This document shows positions 29,077 to 39,060 of a stretch of DNA of 64,000 bases, one piece after another. The notes beneath the pieces were generated by a model. That model was given only the letters and a program-made list of their open reading frames with translations, searched no databases and was not told the origin of the DNA. The position numbers and the translations under genes are program-made. Within the stretch, counting starts at the first letter, position 1. The number at the start of each line of letters is the position of its first letter. The stretch covers positions 416,001 to 480,000 of the forward strand of contig CAWCDG010000004.1 of assembly GCA_963794325.1 (NCBI GenBank). The letters are read 5' to 3'. This stretch comes from an uncultured delta proteobacterium. Its GTDB lineage: Bacteria; Desulfobacterota; Binatia; Binatales; Binataceae.

Positions 29077-29263
29077 CGCTTTGTAATTCACGGCAGATTT
29101 CGGTTCCATTGTCTTTAACCTCTAAAGTAAAGGCGTGAAGTATCGCCGCACAATCTGATGCCTCGTTGGGTCACCCGCGACGATCCGACAGTCAGAAACA
29201 GTCGGTGCAGATCGATTGTAATTATTGCAATTTGCGAAGGGGAAAGGAATTTGTTCAGCGCTT

Positions 29264-30175
29264 CTAATTCCGCCGGTACGGCTCGCCTAGCGCGCTTGGC
29301 GCAGCCGCCTGGCCGCCGAATCCTGCCAATACGACCAGGGTCAGCGCGTACGGCAGCGCGAGAAATAGCTGGTAGGGGACGACGGTGCCCAGCGCCTGCA
29401 GTCCGAATTGCAACGCCATCGCCGCGCCGAATAGAAGCGATGCGGCCGCGAGACCCCACGAATTCCAACGCCCGACGATCACCACCGACAGCGCGACGAA
29501 GCCCCGGCCGGCCGAAATGTTCTCGACGAACGTATTCGCATACGCGAGCGTCAGGAACGCGCCGGCCAAACCGGTCAGCGCGCCCGACACAATAAGCGCC
29601 TGCCATCGGATCGCGATCACGCCAAGTCCGAGTGCGTCCGCCGCTTCGGGGCGCTCGCCGCATGCGCGAAGCCGAAGCCCGTAGCGCGTGTGCTCGATCA
29701 CATACCAAAGCACGGGTACCAGAATGAACGTGAAATACACCAGCGCGTTGTGATTGAAGAGCACCGGGCCGATCAGCGGGATTCGCGCGAGCGGACCGAG
29801 TTGGATTTTCGCGATCGGCGCCACCATGAACGCCTTGCCAGTCACCCCGAACAGCTTGCGATAGAAAACTCCGGTCAATCCCAGCGCGAGGATACTGACC
29901 GCGGTTCCGGTGACGACCTGGTTGACGGCCAGGTTGACGACCAGAATTGCGAAGATCGCGTTGATCGCGATTCCGGCCGCGATTGCGCCCAGCAGCCCAA
30001 GGCCGTCACTGCCGCTGAAAAACGCGATCGTCAGCGCGGCGAAGGCGCCCGAGAGCATCGCGCCTTCGATCCCGATATTGACGACGCCACTTTCCTCAAC
30101 CAGCAACTCGCCAAGGGCTGCGAGCAGGATCGGCGTAGCCATCGTGATCACTGAAACAAGGAACGCTTCAAGCAT
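29264..30175 (-). CDS. ABC transporter permease (nucleoside/sugar type)
   Basis: LAALGELLVEESGVVNIGIEG, GLRLRACGERPEAA, GRGFVAL and APSALGEPY motifs. Confidence 0.9.
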   Translation of the reverse strand: MLEAFLVSVITMATPILLAALGELLVEESGVVNIGIEGAMLSGAFAALTIAFFSGSDGLGLLGAIAAGIAINAIFAILVVNLAVNQVVTGTAVSILALGLTGVFYRKLFGVTGKAFMVAPIAKIQLGPLARIPLIGPVLFNHNALVYFTFILVPVLWYVIEHTRYGLRLRACGERPEAADALGLGVIAIRWQALIVSGALTGLAGAFLTLAYANTFVENISAGRGFVALSVVIVGRWNSWGLAAASLLFGAAMALQFGLQALGTVVPYQLFLALPYALTLVVLAGFGGQAAAPSALGEPYRRN

Positions 30176-31247
30176 CCGGCATCTCCGCAACCGGCGGCAC
30201 TGCGGCGGCGTCTTCACCTGATGCGCCGAAAATATTTTCTCGCAGGCCGCTCCAGGCCGGAGTATCGAACGCGAGGATGATCAGAATCACCAGGCCCTGA
30301 ATTACCTGCACCAGCTCCGGCGAGATTCCCTGCGTCCGCTGCATCGCCTGCGATCCGTTGTCGAGCGCGCCGAACAACAGCGCGGCGGGAACCACTGCGA
30401 GCGGATTCAGACGCGCGACCAGGGCGACCGCGATCGCCTCGAAACCCCACCCGGGCGAGAGCTTCTCGTAAAGTCGATGGGAAATCGCTGAGACCTGCAC
30501 GGCGCCGCCAAGGCCCGCGAGAGCGCCCGACAGCACCATCACCCACACTGTGAGCGCGGGAATTTGCACGCCGAAGAACGTCGCGGCGCGCCGGTTGCGG
30601 CCCATCGCGCGCAGCTCGAATCCTGCGCTGGTGTTGAACAACAGCACGTAGCATCCGGCGGCGACCACGACCGCCAGCAGCATCCCGAGATTGACGCGGC
30701 TCGGCGCGAAGTAGAATTCGAGTTGCGCGGCGGATGCGATTGGCGAGCTGGTCGGATACGCGCGCGACGGTTCCATCAGCGGGCCGTGCACCATCCAACT
30801 GAGCATCTCTACAGCGACGAAGTTCAGCATGATCGTGCTGATGACTTCGTTGACGTCGCGGCGCGCGCGGAGCCATCCCGCGATACCGCCCCATGCCGCG
30901 CCGCCAAGCGCGCCGGCGGTGAGAATGATCATGATCGCAATCGAATGCGGAAAATTCCCGAGATGCGTTCCGATCGCGCCGGCGGCGATCGCACCGATCG
31001 TGAGTTGTCCGTCCGCGCCGATATTCCACAGCGCGCCCGAGAACGCGATCGAGATTGCAAGCCCGGTGAAAATCAGCGGGCAGGATTTCACAATCGTATC
31101 GACACATGCGTCCCAGTTGCCGAATGCACCCTCGCCCAGCGCGGCGAACACGCTGAACGGATTCGCGCCTAATGCGGCCAGTACGATCGAGATCAGCGCG
31201 GCTGCGAGCGCGAGCGCCGCCAACGGTTTCGCAATCGAGGACCGCAT
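30168..31247 (-). CDS. ABC transporter permease (nucleoside/sugar type)
   Basis: WNIGADGQ, NEVISTIMLNF, GFELRAMGRN..AA and GFEAIAVAL motifs. Confidence 0.9.
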   Translation of the reverse strand: MRSSIAKPLAALALAAALISIVLAALGANPFSVFAALGEGAFGNWDACVDTIVKSCPLIFTGLAISIAFSGALWNIGADGQLTIGAIAAGAIGTHLGNFPHSIAIMIILTAGALGGAAWGGIAGWLRARRDVNEVISTIMLNFVAVEMLSWMVHGPLMEPSRAYPTSSPIASAAQLEFYFAPSRVNLGMLLAVVVAAGCYVLLFNTSAGFELRAMGRNRRAATFFGVQIPALTVWVMVLSGALAGLGGAVQVSAISHRLYEKLSPGWGFEAIAVALVARLNPLAVVPAALLFGALDNGSQAMQRTQGISPELVQVIQGLVILIILAFDTPAWSGLRENIFGASGEDAAAVPPVAEMPDA

Positions 31248-32707
31248 CAGTTGCGCGCCCCGGCCATCAGCAGGCCCAGCCGCTCGGGATCGCGCTCACC
31301 GGGACTCGTCTCGCGAATTTTCCCGCCGCTGATAATCAACAGCCGCCCGCAGATCGCGAGCAACTCGTCGAGGTCGCTCGAAATCAACAGCACCGCGCCG
31401 CCGGCGGCCGCGAACTCGAGAATCGTGCGATGCACTTCCGCAGTCGCCGCGAGATCAAGCCCGCGACAAATATTGTGCGCGACCAGTATTCGCGGCCGTG
31501 ACGCGATCGCGCGCGCTACTTCTAATCGCTGGCGGTTGCCGCCCGAAAGCGCACTGGCAATCGTCTCGGGGCCGGGCGCGCGAATCCGAAAACGCTCGAT
31601 CAGCTCGCGCGATAGATCGATCGCGCGCGAGGTGTTGAGCCATCCGTGCGAAGTCACCTGCTCCCGGAGCGGGCGCGCGAGGATCAGATTCTCCCACAGC
31701 CGCATGTCGAGGATCAGCCCGTCGAGGTCGCGATTCTGCGGTATCACCGCCATCGCGCCGGTTGCAGTTATCTTCCCATCGCTCGGCCTGCGCACTCCCG
31801 CAAGCAATTCGACCAGTTCGGTCTGACCGTTGCCGTCAACCCCGGCGATTCCCACTATCTCCCCGGCGTCGACCTGAAACGAAAGCTCATCGAGAAGTTT
31901 GCGCCCGCGGTGATCGTCGAGAGTCAGATTTTCGATTCGCAGCACCGGCTCGCCCCGGCGCGACTGCATCGCGGCGGCGTCAGGTTGAATCACGATTTCG
32001 CCAATCATCAATCCCGCGAGTTTTTCCTCGCTGGTCTCCGCCGGAGTCGTGCGCGCGACGATGCGCCCGCGGCGCAGCACGGTGATTCGATCGGCGACCG
32101 CCATCGCCTCGGCCAGCTTGTGCGTGATCAGCACGACGATTCGGCCTTCACCGCGTAGGTTGCGCAGCAAGTCGAGGAACGCGCTCAACTCCGACGGCGC
32201 GAGCACGCTGGTCGGCTCGTCGAGAATCAGCACGCGGGGATTGAAGCTGAGCGCGCGCAACACTTCGAGCCGGACGCGCTCGGCCACCGAACGATTCTCA
32301 ACGGTGGTGCCCGCGGGCGGCAGCTCGAAGCCGAGTTTCGCAGCGAGCGTGCGCGCACGTGCAGCGACCGCCGCGAGATCTAACTGTCTGCCACCGTCGT
32401 CGAAGCCGCCGAGCGCGAGGTTCTCCTCCCACGTCATCCGCTCGAACAGCATCGGGCTCTGATGCACCGCCGCAATTCCCGCCGCCAGCGCAGCGCGCGG
32501 GGAGCCTGCCTGCAGCGGCACGTCGTCGAGACTCGCCTCGCCACGGTCGGGCGCGATCGAACCGGCAAGCACATTCATCAGCGTGGTCTTGCCGGCGCCG
32601 TTCTCGCCGACCAGCGCGTGAATCTCGCTGGGACGCGCCTCGAAATCGACGCCGTCGAGCGCGAGCGTACGGCCGAAGCGCTTGCTTATGGCGATTGCGC
32701 GAAGCAA
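31247..32707 (-). CDS. ABC transporter ATP-binding protein (double NBD, sugar/nucleoside type)
   Basis: GENGAGKTT, ILDEPT, GVDGNGQTEL, LSGGNRQR and LISSDLDEL motifs. Confidence 0.92.
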   Translation of the reverse strand: MLRAIAISKRFGRTLALDGVDFEARPSEIHALVGENGAGKTTLMNVLAGSIAPDRGEASLDDVPLQAGSPRAALAAGIAAVHQSPMLFERMTWEENLALGGFDDGGRQLDLAAVAARARTLAAKLGFELPPAGTTVENRSVAERVRLEVLRALSFNPRVLILDEPTSVLAPSELSAFLDLLRNLRGEGRIVVLITHKLAEAMAVADRITVLRRGRIVARTTPAETSEEKLAGLMIGEIVIQPDAAAMQSRRGEPVLRIENLTLDDHRGRKLLDELSFQVDAGEIVGIAGVDGNGQTELVELLAGVRRPSDGKITATGAMAVIPQNRDLDGLILDMRLWENLILARPLREQVTSHGWLNTSRAIDLSRELIERFRIRAPGPETIASALSGGNRQRLEVARAIASRPRILVAHNICRGLDLAATAEVHRTILEFAAAGGAVLLISSDLDELLAICGRLLIISGGKIRETSPGERDPERLGLLMAGARN

Positions 32708-34024
32708 CTAGGCGGCGTAATGCGCGCGCACGTATTCGAGCGCGGCTTCGCGGGTTTCGAGCACGCCGTCGAGTTGATGGTCCTCGACGTCCTTCAGAAT
32801 TTCCTTGAAGCGCGGCCCCGGCGTGAATCCCAACTGCTTGAGATCCTCGCCGCCAATCAGACGCGGCGGACGAATCTCGGCCGCGGTCATCGTGGTCATC
32901 GCGCGGCGGCAAAAATGCCAGTAGCCGAGGTACGAGCTCGACGCCATCGCGTCCATGAACGCCACGTCCATCAGTTCGCCGAAGCCATCTTCCGCGAGCA
33001 TCCGCTTGAGCGTCGCCGGACGCATCCGCGGCGCCATGCAGAGCTTCAGATGATTCTTCACCAGGTACGCGACGCGCTCCTGTACCGCGCGCGATCGTTT
33101 CAGCCGCGCCAGCATGTTCGCCGCGATCACGGCGCCGTCGTCGGTATGCCCGTAAAACGTGACCTTGTCGCCGGCCATCGCGCGGCATTGCGGCTTGGCA
33201 ATATCGTGCAGCAGGATTCCGAACGCGACCGTCTCGGTGCATCCCGCGGGCAGCATCGCAACCCCAATCCGCGTGTGGGTGTACACGTCGCCCTCGGGAT
33301 GGAAATTCTCCGGCTGTTCGCATCCGCGCATGCGGACTACCTCCGGCAGAATGATTTGCATCAGGCCGCTGTCCATCATCAGATCCATCGCGCGCGCCGC
33401 CGCACCCTCGGTCATCATCATGACGATTTCTTCGCCGATTCGCTCGGCCGCAATATCGACAATCGTCGGCGCGGCGCGCTTCATCGCGGCCCAGGTCGCG
33501 GGATCGATCGTGAAGTTCAGCCGTGCGGCAAAGCGGGCAGCGCGCAGGATGCGCAGATGGTCCTCCTCGAAGCGGTCGTAGGGATTTCCGATCGCGCGGA
33601 CAATTCCGGCGCGCAGATCGCGTATCCCGCCAACCAGATCGATCAGCCGGTCGGCGATCGGATCGTAGAACATCCCGTTGATCGTGAAGTCGCGGCGAAT
33701 TGCATCTTCCTCGATCGCGCCGAACCGCACCGAAGAGGGCCGGCGTCCGTCGGTGTATTCCGCGTCGGCGCGAAAGGTCGCGACCTCGATCGGCTTGTCG
33801 TGATCCCTCACGACGCCGATTACGCCGAACTTCGCGCCGACCGCGACGGTGCGCTCGAACATTTTCTGCACGACTTCGGGACGCGCGTCAGTTGCGATGT
33901 CGTAGTCCTTGGGCTCGATTCCAAGCACGCGATCGCGCACACATCCGCCGGCGAAAACGGCGCGAAAGCCGGATTCGACAAGACGGCGAACGATATACAG
34001 CGCCTCTTTCTCTCTGTCGTTCAT
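32708..34024 (-). CDS. cca: CCA tRNA nucleotidyltransferase with HD domain
   Basis: GGCVRD..LG..PKDYDIAT, EVATFR, RRDFTIN, EDHLRILRAARF and LLHDIAKP motifs. Confidence 0.88.
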   Translation of the reverse strand: MNDREKEALYIVRRLVESGFRAVFAGGCVRDRVLGIEPKDYDIATDARPEVVQKMFERTVAVGAKFGVIGVVRDHDKPIEVATFRADAEYTDGRRPSSVRFGAIEEDAIRRDFTINGMFYDPIADRLIDLVGGIRDLRAGIVRAIGNPYDRFEEDHLRILRAARFAARLNFTIDPATWAAMKRAAPTIVDIAAERIGEEIVMMMTEGAAARAMDLMMDSGLMQIILPEVVRMRGCEQPENFHPEGDVYTHTRIGVAMLPAGCTETVAFGILLHDIAKPQCRAMAGDKVTFYGHTDDGAVIAANMLARLKRSRAVQERVAYLVKNHLKLCMAPRMRPATLKRMLAEDGFGELMDVAFMDAMASSSYLGYWHFCRRAMTTMTAAEIRPPRLIGGEDLKQLGFTPGPRFKEILKDVEDHQLDGVLETREAALEYVRAHYAA

Positions 34025-34035
34025 GCGCGACTAAT

Positions 34036-34137
34036 TCTATGTGAAACCCGCGGTGGGTTTCACGCTTCCTTCGGCAGGGGTGACCCCTGCACCCAGTAGT
34101 AAGAAAGATGCGGGACTTCGTCCCTGTTAAAAAGGTT
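34036..34137 (-). repeat. Family B tandem-hairpin repeat, full copy
   Basis: Reverse complement taacagggacgaagtcccgcatc...actgggtgcaggggtcacccctgccgaaggaagcgtgaaacccaccgcgggtttcaca aligns over about 100 bp with 57753..57855. Confidence 0.9.
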
Positions 34138-34157
34138 TTGAGGCGGGTGAGTCCAGG

Positions 34158-35231
34158 TTACGCGGCTTCTTTTCTGCTGCCTGAGTATTCCTTTCTATAA
34201 ACGCGCAGGAGTGCCGCGAATATCGACATGATTGCGGGGCCGAGGAAGAGGCCGAGCGGGCCGTATGCTTCCAGCCCGCCGAGGATTCCGAGGAACAGCG
34301 CAATCGTCGGCAGGCCGGTGCCGTGCTTCATCGCGAGAGGCTTGATGAAATTGTCGATGACCGCGAGTGCGACTGCGCACCATATCAGCAGGCCGATCGC
34401 CGCCGACCAGCTCACCGCGAAGCCCAGGTAGATCATCGCGGGAATCCACACGATCGCGGTGCCGCCTATCGGCATCAGGCCCGCGGCCGCCGATGCGATC
34501 GCGAGGAACAGCCAGTACGGCACCCCGAAGATCAGCATCCCGATGCCGATCGACACGCCTTGCAGCACCGCGGTCAGCATCAGGCCGCGCATCACCGACG
34601 ACAGCGTCGTGCGCAGTGTTTCGAAGATCGCATTCTTGTCGTCGTCGTGCAGCGGGGTCAGATCGCGCAAACTCTTATAGTAGAAGTCGCCGTCGCGCAG
34701 CAGGTAGAAGAACGCGAGCAGCGCGATACCGAAATCCACAATGAACCCGAAAATGTTCTTCGCGGCCTGGGTCGCATTCTTGGCGACGTAGTTGCTGGTG
34801 ACCTGCGCCGCTTGCAGCGTGAGCTTGGGCAGCTCCTCGTCGAGCTTGTAGCCGCGCTCCGCCATCTTCTTCGCGACCCACGCGCCGAGCTCGGTATGGA
34901 CCGCCCAGTCGTGCAGCTTCGACACTCCGCCGTTGTTCACCAGGTCGGTGGCCTGCGCGTAGAGCGATTGCGCCTCGACCACCAGGCGGCCCGACGCCCA
35001 GACCGCGGGCAGGATGACGAGGATTCCTACGATCACGCTGATGATCGCCGTCGACAGCGATCGCCGCTTGACGTATTTCTCGACCTCGATCAACGCCGGA
35101 TGCGCCATGAATGCGAGCAGGATTCCCCACGCCAGCGGTGTCAGGAACGGCAGCAGCAGCTCGTACAGCTCATAGGCCATCACGGCCAGAAAGCCGAAGA
35201 AGAAGAGCTGCACTATGCGCTCGCGATCCAT
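34158..35231 (-). CDS. AI-2E (PerM) family transporter
   Basis: PFLTPLAWG, FYLLRDG, IDNFIKP and GGLEAYGPLGLFLGP motifs. Confidence 0.92.
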   Translation of the reverse strand: MDRERIVQLFFFGFLAVMAYELYELLLPFLTPLAWGILLAFMAHPALIEVEKYVKRRSLSTAIISVIVGILVILPAVWASGRLVVEAQSLYAQATDLVNNGGVSKLHDWAVHTELGAWVAKKMAERGYKLDEELPKLTLQAAQVTSNYVAKNATQAAKNIFGFIVDFGIALLAFFYLLRDGDFYYKSLRDLTPLHDDDKNAIFETLRTTLSSVMRGLMLTAVLQGVSIGIGMLIFGVPYWLFLAIASAAAGLMPIGGTAIVWIPAMIYLGFAVSWSAAIGLLIWCAVALAVIDNFIKPLAMKHGTGLPTIALFLGILGGLEAYGPLGLFLGPAIMSIFAALLRVYRKEYSGSRKEAA

Positions 35232-35378
35232 TTTCTGAGGCGTAAGCGATCCTCCGTGCGCGCGAGGTAGTTGGCGCGAGACTTTAGCAGATAGTGCCGC
35301 TACGGTCGCCTCCCGCGGTACTAATCGCAGCGCGCAATGGAAGCCGGGGCGGCAAATCGGCTATGGTTGATCGAAGAT

Positions 35379-35555
35379 ATGGTTGGGCAGTACAGGCGAA
35401 CTCTCCGAAACGGTAGTGGTCAGACGATGACCGAGTACGCGCTCATACTCGCCGCCGTGGCGGTGGTCGCCTACGGGCTGAGCCCGACCTCGGGCTACAA
35501 TTTCCTCGATGATGCGATTTCTGGTTTGATTGGAAGAGTGATTGCGTTGCTCTAA
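35379..35555 (+). CDS. Flp family type IVb pilin (start could be 35337)
   Basis: G|QTMTEYALILAAVAVV prepilin cleavage and Flp motif. Confidence 0.8.
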   Translation: MVGQYRRTLRNGSGQTMTEYALILAAVAVVAYGLSPTSGYNFLDDAISGLIGRVIALL

Positions 35556-35655
35556 CGGACCCGCTGCCCGCGTGAAACTTCGGTTGCCCGCCAGCGCATA
35601 ATCGGTTACCTTCAGCGTTTGCTTGATGTGTTTAATCAATACCCCTCGCCCGTGA

Positions 35656-35730
35656 AGGCACGTAGCTCAGTGGGAGAGCGCTTCCTTGACACGGAAGAGG
35701 TCGGCGGTTCAATCCCGCCCGTGCCTACCA
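35656..35730 (+). tRNA. tRNA-Val(GAC)
   Basis: Acceptor stem aggcacg/cgtgcct, anticodon arm cttcc-ttGACac-ggaag, TTC loop and encoded CCA. Confidence 0.96.
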
Positions 35731-35799
35731 GGTCCGTGCCCACAACCGCGTGCGCGCTTCGCCTCGCTCTTTCCCTGCAATGATTAAATTCTTCGCTTG

Positions 35800-37743
35800 A
35801 TGAGCTCCCAAGTAACCGTAACCGTTGGCGGCGAGTCTCGCGTCGTGCCGGTCGGCACTATCGTTCGCGACGTGCTGAAAAACGGCATCCCGAGCAAGGA
35901 CCTGGTTGCGGCACGCGTCAATGACAAGATCGTCGATCTGACGCGCAAGCTCGATCACGACGCAACCGTCGAGCCGATCCTCGCCGAATCGCCGGAGGGT
36001 CTCGACGTTATCCGCCATTCCACCGCTCATCTTATGGCGATGGCGGTGCAGTCGCTCTATCCCGGCACGCAGGTGACGATCGGTCCTGTGATCGAGGACG
36101 GCTTCTTCTACGATTTCGCGCCGCCTGCGCCGTTCACGGTCGAGGACTTGCCGAAGATCGAAGCGAAGATGCGCGAGCTGGCGAAGGCCGATCACAAGAT
36201 CACTCGCACCGAAGTCGCGCGCGAGGACGCGATCCGCAAATTCTCTGAGATGGGTGAGAAGTACAAGGTCGAGATAATCCAGGGCATCCCCGACGATCAG
36301 GTTTCGATCTACGCGGAAGGCGACTGGATGGATCTCTGCCGCGGACCGCACGTGCCCTCGACGCGCTACCTGAAGGCATTCAAATTGACCAGCGTCGCCG
36401 GCGCGTACTGGCGCGGCGATGAGCACAACGCGATGCTGTCGCGAATCTACGGCACCGCGTTCGCCACCAAGGAAGCGCTCGAGGAGCATCTCAAGCTCGT
36501 CGAGCTCGCCCGTCAACGCGACCATCGCAAGCTCGGGCGCGAGATGGGCCTGTACATTTTCGATCCGATCTCGCCGGGATCGCCGTTCTACCTGCCCAAG
36601 GGCGTCGTCATCTTCAATGCGCTCATCGACTACATGCGGCGGCTCTACCGGCGCTACGGCTATGACGAAGTCGTCACTCCGCTGATTTTCAAGAACGAAA
36701 TGTTCAACACGTCGGGGCATTGGGAAAATTTTCGCGAGAATATGTTTCTCTCGCCCGATCCTGAGAGTGAGACACATACCGTCGACACCAGCCCTGAAGG
36801 ATGGCGCCACGGGTACGGCGTGAAGCCGATGAACTGCCCCGGCCATACCTTTGTGTATCGCGCCGAGAAGCGCTCGTATCGCGACTTGCCGCTGCGCTTT
36901 GCGGAATTCAGCCGGCTGCATCGTGCGGAACGCTCGGGCACGCTGCACGGCCTGATGCGGGTGCGCGCGATGTCGCAGGACGACGCGCACATCTTCTGCC
37001 GCGAAGATCAGATCGTGGATGAAGTGAAAATGAATCTCGAGATGGTGCGGGGCGTTTACGGTGCGCTCGGATTCGAGGGCGTCGAGTTCAAGCTCGCGAC
37101 CATGCCCGATCAGCATCTAGGCACCGAAGAGCAGTGGCAGATGTCCGAGGGCAAGCTCGCCAACGCGATGAAGTGGAGCGAAATCCCGTTCGAGATCAAT
37201 CCGAAGGAAGGCGCGTTCTACGGCCCCAAGATCGAGATTTACGTCTCCGATGCGCTCAAACGTAAATGGCAGGTCGCGACGATTCAGCTCGACTACAATA
37301 TGCCCGAGCGCTTTGACCTCACGTACACCAACAGCGCCGGCGCCGAGGAACGCCCCGTGATGATCCATCGCGCGATCCTCGGCTCGCTCGAGCGCTTCAT
37401 CGGCGTGCTGATCGAGCATACCGGCGGCGTGCTGCCCTTGTGGCTCGCCCCCGAGCAGGTGCGCGTGCTGTCGCTCAGCGAAAAGGTCGAGGACTACGCC
37501 AAGGAAGTCGCAGACCTCCTCAAGCGCGAGGGATTCCGCGCCCACGCCGACATCCGCAACGAAAAGCTCGGCTTCAAAGTTCGCGAGGCGGAACTGGCCA
37601 AGGTGCCGTATATGGTAGTGGTCGGCGAGCGCGAGGCCGCGGACCGCTCGGTGTCGCTGCGGCTGCTGCGCGGCGAAAAAAGCAATGCGATGCCGCTGAC
37701 GGCGTTGCTGGAAAAATTAAAACAGGAGCCGATACCGGCTTAG
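35800..37743 (+). CDS. thrS: Threonine--tRNA ligase
   Basis: TGS domain, RHSTAHL, DLCRGPHV, RDHRKLG, KPMNCPGH and MIHRAILGSLERF motifs. Confidence 0.98.
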   Translation: MSSQVTVTVGGESRVVPVGTIVRDVLKNGIPSKDLVAARVNDKIVDLTRKLDHDATVEPILAESPEGLDVIRHSTAHLMAMAVQSLYPGTQVTIGPVIEDGFFYDFAPPAPFTVEDLPKIEAKMRELAKADHKITRTEVAREDAIRKFSEMGEKYKVEIIQGIPDDQVSIYAEGDWMDLCRGPHVPSTRYLKAFKLTSVAGAYWRGDEHNAMLSRIYGTAFATKEALEEHLKLVELARQRDHRKLGREMGLYIFDPISPGSPFYLPKGVVIFNALIDYMRRLYRRYGYDEVVTPLIFKNEMFNTSGHWENFRENMFLSPDPESETHTVDTSPEGWRHGYGVKPMNCPGHTFVYRAEKRSYRDLPLRFAEFSRLHRAERSGTLHGLMRVRAMSQDDAHIFCREDQIVDEVKMNLEMVRGVYGALGFEGVEFKLATMPDQHLGTEEQWQMSEGKLANAMKWSEIPFEINPKEGAFYGPKIEIYVSDALKRKWQVATIQLDYNMPERFDLTYTNSAGAEERPVMIHRAILGSLERFIGVLIEHTGGVLPLWLAPEQVRVLSLSEKVEDYAKEVADLLKREGFRAHADIRNEKLGFKVREAELAKVPYMVVVGEREAADRSVSLRLLRGEKSNAMPLTALLEKLKQEPIPA

Positions 37744-37780
37744 GAAATTAATCCGGCTATCAAGCCGGAGGAGGTGCTTT

Positions 37781-38314
37781 ATTCGTAGAGATTTCAGAAC
37801 CCCACCATCAAGGGAGCCCGCGATTCGAGTCAATAACCTGATTCGCGCGCAGGAAGTCCGTGTGATCGACGCCGACGGCAGCCAGGTCGGAATCCTGCCG
37901 CTGCGCGAGGCGATCAAAGTTGCGGAGAGCCGCGGCCTGGACCTGGTCGAAGTCTCCGCGACGGCCACTCCGCCGGTGTGCCGCGTCACCGACTTCGACA
38001 AGTATCGCTACGCGCAGAAGAAAAAGTCGCACGATTCCAAGAAGCACACCATCAGCATGATCAAGGAAGTGAAGATGGGCTCGGCGACCGGACAGCACGA
38101 CGTCGACTTCAAAACTGCGCACATCAAGCGCTTTGTTGGAGAGGGTCACCGTGTTAAGCTCACCGTTTCGTTCCGGGGCCGCGCGATCACTCATCCGGAA
38201 CTCGGACGGGCTTTGATCGAGCGAATTATTGCGACGGTAACGGATATCGCGCAGGCGGAAGGCACGCCACGGATGGAAGGACGCAACATGTCCGTGCTGC
38301 TGACGCCGCGTTAA
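37781..38314 (+). CDS. infC: Translation initiation factor IF-3, ATT start
   Basis: SD ggaggaggtg 4 nt before an in-frame ATT; RVNNLIRAQEVRVIDADG, LDLVEV and FRGRAITH. Confidence 0.95.
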   Translation: MRRDFRTPPSREPAIRVNNLIRAQEVRVIDADGSQVGILPLREAIKVAESRGLDLVEVSATATPPVCRVTDFDKYRYAQKKKSHDSKKHTISMIKEVKMGSATGQHDVDFKTAHIKRFVGEGHRVKLTVSFRGRAITHPELGRALIERIIATVTDIAQAEGTPRMEGRNMSVLLTPR

Positions 38315-38338
38315 TAGGAAAAAATTTCAGGAAAGAAG

Positions 38339-38536
38339 ATGCCGAAAATCAGGACCAGCCGAACTGCCGCCAAGCGCTTTTCCGTGACCAAGAGCGGCAA
38401 GGTCAAATTCAAGCACGCGTATGCGCGCCACATGTTCACGGCCAAAAATCCGAAACAGAAGGCGCGGCTCCGGCGTACCGGGATCCTCGGAAAGGCCGAC
38501 GCCGAAAAAATCAAGATAATGATGCCGTACGCGTAA
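38339..38536 (+). CDS. rpmI: 50S ribosomal protein L35
   Basis: MPKIRT..AAKRFSVTKSGKVK, between infC and rplT. Confidence 0.96.
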   Translation: MPKIRTSRTAAKRFSVTKSGKVKFKHAYARHMFTAKNPKQKARLRRTGILGKADAEKIKIMMPYA

Positions 38537-38587
38537 GCACGGCCCGACTAACTCAGACGATATCTATTAAGGAAGGTCTCCACTCCG

Positions 38588-38953
38588 ATGCCTCGCGCCA
38601 AAGGCGGACCCAAGACGCGCCGCCGTCATAAGCGTCAAATGAAACTCGCCTCCGGCTTTGTCGGCGGGCGTAAACTTTATCGGCAGGCCCGCTCGACCCT
38701 CGAGAAAGGCCTCACCTACGCCTATCGCGATCGCAAGGCCAAGAAGCGCGACTACCGCACACTCTGGATCGCGCGTATCAACGCGCTCGCCCGCGAAAGC
38801 GGGATTTCGTACAGCGCGCTGATGAACGGACTCAAGAAGGCCGGCGTCGAGGTCGATCGCAAGATGCTCGCGAAGCTCGCGCAGGAGCGCGACGCATTGT
38901 TTACCGAGCTGGTGCGCACCGCGATTAGCGCGCTCGGCTCAAAAGCAGCATAG
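38588..38953 (+). CDS. rplT: 50S ribosomal protein L20
   Basis: YAYRDRKAKKRDYRTLWIARINA and DRKMLA motifs. Confidence 0.97.
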   Translation: MPRAKGGPKTRRRHKRQMKLASGFVGGRKLYRQARSTLEKGLTYAYRDRKAKKRDYRTLWIARINALARESGISYSALMNGLKKAGVEVDRKMLAKLAQERDALFTELVRTAISALGSKAA

Positions 38954-38984
38954 AGCCGCGCGTTCGAAAAGCGCCGCGCACCAG

Positions 38985-39027
38985 AAGACCATGTGGGTGA
39001 TCGCCCACGTGGTTTTTTGCTTTTTTC
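38985..39027 (+). terminator. Intrinsic terminator after rplT
   Basis: accatgtggg-tgatcg-cccacgtggt followed by T-tracts. Confidence 0.8.
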
Positions 39028-39060
39028 AGTATCCATGCAACATTGCGAGATAAAGGAGTG

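Noticed and set aside
32462-34099. Long antisense or alternative-frame ORFs (for example 545 aa here, 35725..37116, 21508..22716, 3849..5036, 10298..11443)
   Set aside because: These are shadow ORFs of well-supported genes in high-GC DNA. They are Arg/Ala-rich and have no recognisable motifs.
35731-35799. T-box or thrS operator-like leader
   Set aside because: Only about 70 nt separate tRNA-Val from thrS, with no T-box consensus or anticodon-mimic hairpins evident.
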